Assembly (NCBI RefSeq): GCF_964355755.1
Contig: NC_092670.1
Location: forward strand, 13,998,795 to 14,062,794
Source of the DNA: Antedon mediterranea
Lineage: Eukaryota > Animalia > Echinodermata
Length of the DNA stretch: 64,000 nucleotides
Reading direction: 5' to 3'
The position numbers and the translations under genes are program-made. The notes beneath the pieces were generated by a model, which worked only from the letters and a program-made list of their open reading frames with translations, made no database searches and was not told where the DNA came from. Below, piece after piece: positions 1 to 9,789 of this stretch (the stretch's first letter is position 1; every line of letters starts with the position of its first letter).

Positions 1-2303
1 ATTGTGAAACAACTTGGAAGTTTGTGTCAAGAAACTGCTATTAATAACGACTTAGCCGGTTAATTTATTGCGTAAACACCAATCCTTCTGTTAATTCGGT
101 CATCATATCATGTCGATGATTTACATGACCCAATTAAAATAATTTGCGAGTTAACTTTGCAAATACCTGAAAAACCCTTATAACTGTAAACATGAAGGCA
201 TGTTAATTTCAGTATCACACTGCAATTCAATCTACTAACTCGTGTATTTTATTTATAACGATAAACATGTCCTTTTTCTTGATCTTCTCTACCTGAACAA
301 GAGTAACGGTTCTTACCTGTAATCACCTTTTAATATAATGTATTGCCATTTTATCTTTATTAATGTTACAAATAATAAATAAAAATTAAAAATAATATTA
401 ATAAAAACTGAAATCTAATGCAAAAAATGGTCAAATTTAATGGAAGTCCATGGGCTCTTGGTTGAATTTAACCCTTTATTTGTCTTTTTATAAGTGGAAG
501 CTTGGAATGCAAACAAATGTTCAAATTGAATGGAAGTCAATGTGCTTTTGGTTGAATTTAGGCCTAACCCTTTATTTATCTTTTTATAAGTGGAAAACGT
601 TTTTATTTAACGGAAGTGATTTACTTATATTAAAACTGTTTGGTTAGAAATAAATATAATGGTGGTTTACCACACAAGCGAAAAAGGTGTGTTTTTTTCT
701 GGAATATACCAGGAAAGAGAAAAAAATCAAATAATTACATTTAGGAAAAACTTGCTGAATATTTGTACTTTACCAAAGTATATTACAAACAAATAGGCCT
801 AGAAATAATATAAAACACAAACGAAAAAGTAAAGGCACAATCTACAGTTAGGCCTATCTAGAATGATTAATTGAAGCGGCTCCTCTGTTAACACCACCCC
901 TCCACCACCGCCACTCCTCCACCCTTTTTACCACCCGTATACGACACTGATGTACAGTACGAGCATGAATACTTACTTCAATACCATAGTCTTGACTATT
1001 TAACTTACGATTGTCATCAAACATAATTTATAAATTCACGTAAGTTATCAAAAGATCGTGAATTAAAATATCAACTGAGAATATCTGCCATAAATATAAC
1101 AAACTAAGACAAACAGACCGATTGACAAACTGACAGAAGAAGTATTAAATCATGTAACTCAACATACATTGTGTTCAACATTATATCATTGTAAATCTTC
1201 TTTATAAAATTATCTTATTTGATTGACATTGTAACAGATGAGTAAAATAATAAAAGTATATAGCCGTACAACAACCAGGAGAAACGTCTAATTAGCGTAC
1301 GTCTCAAGGTCCTTACAGTATAAGATGTGTGTAGCATATTAATATGGCCTAAAATCATTATCTTTGGGTGAGACTTGCTATGTCCTTATATGTGCCTCGC
1401 AGATGTTTCCTATATAATTTTATTATTCTATCTGGGATGTTCAGAATCCAGTAAAGAGTTGATTTGCAATCAACATGAATACCTTAATGTATTAAATAAT
1501 ATAATTATTGTTATTCCTTTACTAGAATTTGTATTGGTATTTCGGTAAAAACATAATTAAAATGGATTAAAGTTTTACGTTATTATGGGCCACAATTATT
1601 GTTAGCTATCTTCAACCATGAATTAAGGCCACTCCAAGTTAAATCCATTAAATATGTATTGTTCCCCACATGAAAAATGAAGATTAATACATTTTTTTAA
1701 ATCCTTGAATGTGCCATTTCGCAGTTTTAATAAAGTTAATTTTTTTTTTCACTTATAAAACCCAAAAACTGTTAAATTAAACTCAAATCCATTGACAAAT
1801 TCAAAATATTCAACAACAAAAATTGTCTTGGTTTTTCCCATTCTGGTATTCAAATTAGGATACACTAATTGACTAGATAGGAACCTAATGACAGCGATAT
1901 CGTGTATTAAAAGTACTTAATACAGTCAGATAGGTCTCTGGTAGACTGTCAACAGTCTTCCACATTGAGTGTACTAACAGCTACAGAATCGGGTGTATTT
2001 AAAGTAGTATTACTATAACAGGTGCGCATAAAATCAAATAACATAATAATATACTTTTATGTCATAATTTTCAATTTTCATAGAACAGCATTGTTAAGCA
2101 ATCATATTTTATTTAATCGGCAGTTCTGCTAACCATTTTCATATATAAACATATAACTTATATTGGTGGTGGGGGGGGGGGGAATCATTGACACTGCCCC
2201 TTTAAAAAGACACCTTAATTAAGTTAGGCCTATGTATCTATAATATCTACAAAACCAAAACAATTATGATGACCAACCGAGAGGCGTAGATCAACGTGTT
2301 TAA

Positions 2304-2678
2304 GGCCAATTTACACAGATGAGCGGTATAAGCGGAAAACGGCGTAGCTTGTTCCACATCTATCCCTAGCGGAAACCGCCCGTCTGCTCCGCGTTGTGTT
2401 TAAATGGTCATCATAAGGAATAACATAGATTATATATTTTTTATTATTGTTACCACACGTCTGTGTGTAAATGGGTCTCTATGTTGGCCAAGATACATTG
2501 GTCAATTTACACAGATGAGCGGTATAAGCGAAAAACGGCGTAGCTTGTCCCACGTAGAATCTATCTATCCTTAGCGGAAACCGCCCGACTGCTCCGCATT
2601 GTGTTTAAATGGTCATCATAAGGAATATAGATTCTATATTTGTAGTATTGTTACCACTCGTCTGTGTGTAAATTGGCC
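2304..2678. mobile_element. Two tandem copies (2304-2476, 2500-2678) of a PIF/Harbinger-like MITE
   Basis: TIR GGCCAATTTACACA..TGTGTAAATTGGCC, TAA/TAT flanks, near-identical bodies. Confidence 0.8.
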
Positions 2679-3327
2679 TATATGTGTAAAACAACATAGA
2701 ACTAGTCCATGGGTTATACAAAAGTAGCTATGTAGGCCTATTTTATGAACAGGTTTATTTTGTTCGCATCTTAGCTTATGGTTAGTGTAAGTGCACATAA
2801 GATGTTATAGGTATCGCTTCAAACGTGTATCACACACATGCGTTAATTCATCTTTCGCCACAGAGCTTAAGTCCGGGTGATGCTTCGGGTGTTTATTAAG
2901 GAGGACATTTTGCCGGTGTGGTTAAAACAATAACAGAACTTGAACATTACTTTATTCGTCTCTTTCCACAATCATGTTCAGTTAAACAATGATTGATTGT
3001 TGAATTATGTTACTTTTCTTAGATCATAAATGCAACTTTATATAATTTCTTTTTTCGGATCAAATGAATTTGAACAGTAAATAAAATCATTGATTCTTTA
3101 TAAAAAGTTATTGTTTTCAATACATTTCTATGTCGGTTCTATTGATAGATAATAAAGATAACATTTCAACAATACATAATAATTTACGTGCCGAATAAAA
3201 GTTGGATTTTTGGGATCTTCTCTCTATAATGTAAAAAAAGAATTTGTTAAATATTGTTTGATAGCCTGTGGCTGTTACTAATGCTTGCACTAGATTATTG
3301 TGGTGCAGCACCAAGAATAATAGTAGA

Positions 3328-3446
3328 AAAAGGCCATATACATGGCTGCACCCGCCTGCTGAAATTAGTGTTTAACGGACCAACCGAACGACCGAACAAC
3401 CGACCGGCATAGTGAGCTGTAGAGTCGAGTTGCACGCGACTAAAAA
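3328..3446 (-). mobile_element. Helentron-derived (HINE/DINE-like) element
   Basis: Reverse complement of TTTTTAGTCGCGTGCAAC.CGACTCTA plus (GGTC)n microsatellite; homologous to 29970-30100. Confidence 0.7.
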
Positions 3447-3993
3447 CTGGCGACGTTTTATCGACAGTGCCATTTTTTTTATTTTGTCTAATTTTTAGGG
3501 TTCCTATAATTAAGTAATTCAGACAAACTATAATTTAAAATGAAAACTGATTTTCTGCGTTTTATATTATTCTCCCAACGACATCATTAATCAATTGTTT
3601 GAGCATGCGCAATGTTGTTAAATACAGTACTTATGACTACGTGACTTTTTTTTCATCACTTTGAAACATGAAAGTTTGTCGAAGGCCTATTATGATTGAT
3701 AGTTTGTGAACATAACAGAATAAAATTGCGGGTACATTATTAGTATTGACTGTACTTATTTGTCAAGTAATTAAATGATTCAAGATTCACGTCACATCCC
3801 CAATTGTGAGGTGCTTATTTTAAAATAAATGTTATGAAATTTAGCGTTAAAATTGTGTTCTGGGATCTTGTTTTAAAGTTTTAGGCCTATCATCATTTTC
3901 AAATGTTTAAATTATACACATAGTATTGAGCTATAATATTTGCATTATTAAAATGAAGAAGGAGAGCATTCATTCAGTTTATGGAAATGCTAT

Positions 3994-4135
3994 TAACACT
4001 AACAGTAATCCTAACACTAACACTAATTTAACACTAATCCTAAAACTAACACTAATCCTAACACTAATATAACACTAATCCTACCACTAATAACACTAAT
4101 CCTAACACTAAAACTAATCCTAACACTTACCCTAA
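3994..4135 (+). repeat. Degenerate telomere-like hexamer array (TAACAC/TAATCC)n
   Basis: More than 20 hexamers, most one substitution from TAACCC. Confidence 0.85.
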
Positions 4136-6359
4136 TTCAATAACAGCCATTAGCATGTATTCATTCAAATAGATCGAAACGTCAAATTCTGAATGATCTG
4201 TCTTTTTTTGTATTCACTTCACTCTAAACAATAATATGCTAATTAGTTACAATAGAACATGGCATTGTTCTTACAGTGTTGTAATGGAATAACCTTCATT
4301 TTCAAACGCCTGTAACTGAACATGCCATAACTATCATTAAACAATATAAAATGTATTGCTTATATTGGGTATAAAACATAACACAATACATTCAAGTTTT
4401 TTAAATAAAAAGTACAAATTCATACAAAATATTACTTACAGTGCTTCGAAAATGGTTACTAAAACATAGACTAGGCTTAATAAATCATCGTCGTCCGTGG
4501 AGTGAACAGATACGAATCTGATTCTTATTGCGCATGTCTGTTACAATTTTCAAAATATGAATAGGCCTAAGGTGATCAGGATTGTTAGCTGCTACATTTT
4601 GTCAGGACAATAATATTAGACTACATCTACATTCTAAGGAGCTGAAGACTACCTTCCTATTGACACGTCTCAGTTATTATGTATGGTGTAAATAAGTAGG
4701 CCTACTAACAATTTACGAGGGAATATAATAAGCTGATATATAAGAAATATTGGTCAAAGGTCAAGATAAAACATATAAAATTAAGGGAAATATGTTTGTC
4801 GTTATATTATATTTAATAATAGTCAGATAAAAAATAAAAGGATATAATGGTAGAGGTCTATGTATAGGTATATAGGCCTAAATTCATAATAAACTGTCAA
4901 GGGCGCTATTTTCCTATGTTTATTCACGTGGCGTTCTTAATAATGTTAACAATCCTTAGATTCTTTAAGATCATTTTAAACGCAAGTTAAATATGTGAAA
5001 TTTTACTCAACTTGATAATGCAATGAGTAAAGAAAACAACGAAAAATTCACGAATCAGGATGTCATTGCTATTTCTTTTTTTGTAGGCTGGTGAGAGTAA
5101 TTCCAAAAAAGGTTAGGCTTGATGATGATGATGATGATTATGATGATGATGCCGATACAACAACAATAAAAATAATAATTCCATGTTCTGCAATGTTTTT
5201 CCTTTTGGCTAAAACATATAGCACATTAAACGCTTTAATGTCTAAAACATATTCGCAAATAATTATACTTAATTCATTTGCATAATTTTCATATAAAAAT
5301 AATATTGACAGAATCATGCATAAATAACTATTAATCATTAGAACCACTCTATCGATAGAAATTGTAGTCGTCATTAATATACATTTTAATTTGTACATAT
5401 CAAAGAGCATTAATAATTTAATTTTAAACATCCTGATATTGTAAAGAGAACATACTTAAATATACATAATACTTAATATAAACATCAAATAGAAATTTGG
5501 AAATGATAAATAAAATTGTGCTTTTTTCATTTTTTCCTCTAACATCTGTACCACATGTGTTGCATCTGGAAATAGAGGTCAAATACACCCTTCTTCTCTA
5601 CAGCCGAATAAGCTATTTAATGGCACTATAGAACGAGTGTAAAAATTATTCTTTCTAGTTTCTGACCATGCGCAGACTGTTCCTAACGCATATTTAGGCT
5701 CGATATATATCTACCTTTTCATGTTCTCCATAGTCTACGCTTGGTTTCCACTGGGACGCTAGGCAACGGCATACGTAACATTTCCCACCAAGTCTGCAGT
5801 TTTGTCTTTTTTATATGTTAGTTTTCAATTTTTGTCTGAAAATTACAAATTTTGAGCTCAAGTGTTATACGTATGAAACGCCATATGTGCCAAAATATTT
5901 ATATATTTTTACTAATTTCGGTCTAGAACCAAGGCTACGACATACGTAGTGAGTTCACTCACAGGCGACAGTTTGGATGATCATCACGTGGTGATTGGTC
6001 GTTGCGGCGTACAAGTGGACAATAATTAATTAGGAACGTAAAAGAACGATTTAAAATTGTTGTTAAAATGCTACGAAACTAATCATTTTGATTCAAAGAA
6101 ATAATAAAAGATAGTATTAACAATTTGCATATTTTGCGTATTATAGTTGTAACTTAGTCAATGTTACATTAATGTTGAATAACATACAAAGCAAGTAAAA
6201 AAAGTCTGAAACAGACATGTCTACATTAATTTGGTCAATAATCTTATTAAATATGATAAATACATGTAAAACAAAGTTCAGTAAAAAAAGATATCAGACA
6301 ATCATAGTTGAATCAGTATTCTATCTGAAATTCATATTCCGCGCTAAATGCAAATAATG

Positions 6360-6445
6360 TCAGATGTAATCGTCAAGTTCAGTCAGGCGTAATTAACGTT
6401 CAATCAGACGTAATCGCAGTTCTGTCAAACGTAATCAGGGTTTTC
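6360..6445 (-). repeat. Degenerate 21-nt tandem repeat (4 units) spanning the TRPC stop codon
   Basis: Units gaaaaccctgattacgtttga / cagaactgcgattacgtctga / ttgaacgttaattacgcctga / ctgaacttgacgattacatctga. Confidence 0.85.
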
Positions 6446-6762
6446 TAATTCAGACGCATGTTCTAAGTATGCCGAATTCACATGCCCTCCGTTCATTTGT
6501 GTAGGTGTATAAGTAATTTCTATATCCCTTGAATCGTTAGATGACGTTCGTGAAATTGCCATATCATCACGAAGTTCTTCTATTCGGTTGCTCAAGTTTC
6601 CCATTGTCTGGACAATCAAAGCTAGCTTATTCTCAATACCCTGTACGTCATCATTTGGTAAATCTGGTTGTTTTGCAGACAATGTTTTTGGTTGGCGGGA
6701 AAGTTGTTCCATTAACTCGAAGCGAAGACTTGAAATGTCTTTCTTTATCTCGTCAAGTTCAC
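6425..6762 (-). CDS. TRPC: TRPC terminal coding exon (coiled coil ... ENPDYV*)
   Basis: ttgtag acceptor, phase 1; [17 protein letters not shown]; TGA at 6427-6425. Confidence 0.92.
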
Positions 6763-9751
6763 CTACAAAATAATAGCTGATAATTAATTTCAATTAAAAT
6801 AGAAGCTAAGTCTAAAGCTAGTAAGATAAGTAGAACAGTGCAGGCCTACGTGTCATTTCGTATGCGAGGACAGAATAACCAACATGCGCCACCAACCTTC
6901 GTTTACTTCATCGTTTGCCTTATCCTGTTGCAGCTTAAACAGATAACGTTTGACAACCGATTTCATTATTGCCTGAAAATAGAGGGGACAATTAGCAGAA
7001 AAATCTTACAGACTGTTAGTACTATATTAATTATCATAATCTGCGAGATAGGCATATTATATTAGAGTTAAATATGAGTATCTAAGTAAAACATATTGCC
7101 TCTCTTTTGCAAGAGTCTCTTCCGAATAATGGGTTTCCCAAGAGGGGTTGTACTGTGTAAATAATGCATTATAAGTAAATGCTCCTTAGTTAAATGTAAA
7201 TATTAGTTTGTAGAAACCACACACAAAATAATTAGGACAATGGATATTGTCAATAAAGATTTGAAATCTTAATTACGTTCAACTAACTTTTATGGAAACA
7301 ACAATTGTGAAAAAACAATAGTATTGCTAATATGCTAAAAATAGAATGTACTGTTCAGGAAAAAAAAGAATGAATTGTGTTAAGTACTGTATTGTAATTG
7401 AGTGGCCTATTTCAAATGAAAAATAGAGAAGTGCCAACATTTTCCTAATAATAATAACAATCAAAATTGATATAGCGCCAATTCCAAAAGCATTATCACA
7501 AAGGCGCATTGTATTCTGCAATTTGCTAAATAAATGAGTTACAGTAATCTGACATTAGTAAGAAATGGCGCGAACGAGATGTGATGGAAATCTTGTACAG
7601 ACCATCCCATCATTAGAATTAAAGATAGAGAGGGGATCAGGGTCTATTTTAGATATGTTTTTATGTTATAAATAAAAATATAAAAAACCTGATGATCGTC
7701 TTCTACATTAGGACGAAATCTTGAACCCATGACATTAAAAACTCCGTTTCTCTAAAAATAGAAAAATCGAGGAAACATTATTTTTCGTAATAAACTAGTC
7801 CTGATAGTCATATTTCCACTCTAATAAGATGCTGTAGGCATTTCGTGTTAAAAGCGAAAAAATATGTGTTTTATGGTAATTTTGGGGTGCTGAATTCAAA
7901 TCTGCTGTTTACCCGGCTCAATTTTTAGATCTTCACCCTTAAAATGTGAAAACAAAATGGCCGCCATTTCAGACTTATTTTGGCTTATAACTTGACTTTT
8001 AAGTGACGTAGCAAGTTAAAAATGGTGTCTGTGCCCATGTTTGTGATACTGAGGATTCCAAATATATTGTTATTAAAGTTGTAAATATTCTATTTCAGCC
8101 GCCATGTTGAAATCCAAGATGGCCGCCATTTTAAACGTATTTTGGCTTATAACTTGACTTTTAAGTGACGTAGCAAGTTAAAAATGGTGTCTATACCTAT
8201 GTTTGTGATAGTGAAGATTCCAAATATATTGTTATTAAAGTTGTAAATGTTCTATTTCAGCCGCCATGTTGAAATCCAAGATGGCTGCCATTTTAAACGT
8301 ATTTTGGCTTATAACTTGAGTTTTAAGTGACGTAGCAAGTTAAAGATGGTTTCTATACCTATGTTTGTGATACTGAGGATTCCAAATATATTGTTATGAA
8401 AGTTGTAAATATTCTTTTTCGGCCGCCATGTTGAAATCCAAGATGGCCGCCATCGTTTTAAACGTATTTTGGCTTATAACTTGACTTTTAATTAACATAG
8501 CAAGTTAAAAATGGTTTTTATACCATAAAAGTATGGTTGCACCTAGAACAAATTGCAACAGAATTTCTTTTTGTTTTGTCTAGTTGATATGGTCCAAATT
8601 AACATCATATCCAATGTTTACCAAAATCGGACATCGGGAAGAAGTGGGTTCATTAGCATAAATTAAAAAGGCCATTTACCATTTTGAAGCCTTGTATATT
8701 ATCTCCTTAACGGTTTAACTTATAGACCACCTACTGTAAGTGCATTACGAGTAGTTATAAATGTATAGGATATTTTAATTATCATACGTACCTATATATT
8801 ATGTTATAACTGCTTAAATGACATTATCCTATGCTAAAAAATGTAGAAACATTCTGTTGAAATGAACATCATATCCAAAATTTACCAAAATCGGACATCA
8901 AGAAGGGGGTTAATTAGCATAAATTCAAAATGGCTGCTATTTACTGTACCATTTTGAAGCTCCGCATCTCCTTAACAGTACATCCAAAGTACATATAGAT
9001 AAAAATTGTAATTGTTGGCGCCGTCAAAATACTTATGGAAACCTTCAAAGCTAAAATGTCTTTCTTTTGCCAGGAATCAAAGCTATCCAAAAGTTTCACC
9101 TTATAGGCACAGCAAATCTACTGGCTTTTCTGATGTCTTGTTAATTTTTGGACTGAACAGAAGATGTATGTTTTGAATTCATAAGGGATAGGTGTAATTG
9201 ATTAAAACTTAAACGACGCGACCAGTTGATACAGTTGGCCGGCTGCCGAGACTAAACACGCAGGTTGCGTAGTTGATATGTGACGTAACAACTCGCGGAA
9301 CATGGCTGCTGAGACGTCAATATACTATTATTTTTTGCCCTTGTTTAGTGTTTATTCTTAAAATTCATGAAAGTGATATAGCCTATCGTGTGCGGCCCAT
9401 CAAGAAACATTAGTGTGCCAAATGTGAGCACATACCATTCAGTGGTTTCGGAGGAGATACGTAAAATTACTCGACAAATTTAGTAGCAGCAATATATATA
9501 TATCCACCAGTATACAGTAGGCACAGCTATGTACAGATACATTCAGCCATACCCCGCCGAGAGTCTGTCCAATGGAATTGGAACAATACAATGAAGGCCC
9601 CAGTGGTCTAATGGTTTAGAACATCTGCATATCAAGCAGAAGGTTCCGGGTTCGAATCTTAGTTAGGGCTTTCTCTCATTCTCAATAACATTCTCATTCA
9701 TTATATCACCGGGCGGATTAGAATTTATTCTGTGCCTGTGATGTTTATATA

Positions 9752-9789
<38 letters not shown>

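Noticed and set aside
6200-6427. Selenocysteine recoding of the repeated in-frame TGAs
   Set aside because: No convincing SECIS in the adjacent 3' UTR by eye (an AUGA-N11-AA pattern near 6335 lacks a pairing helix II); not formally excluded without SECISearch
9597-9670. Functional tRNA-Asp(ATC) gene
   Set aside because: Multiple stem mismatches, purine at position 32, atypical anticodon and repeat context
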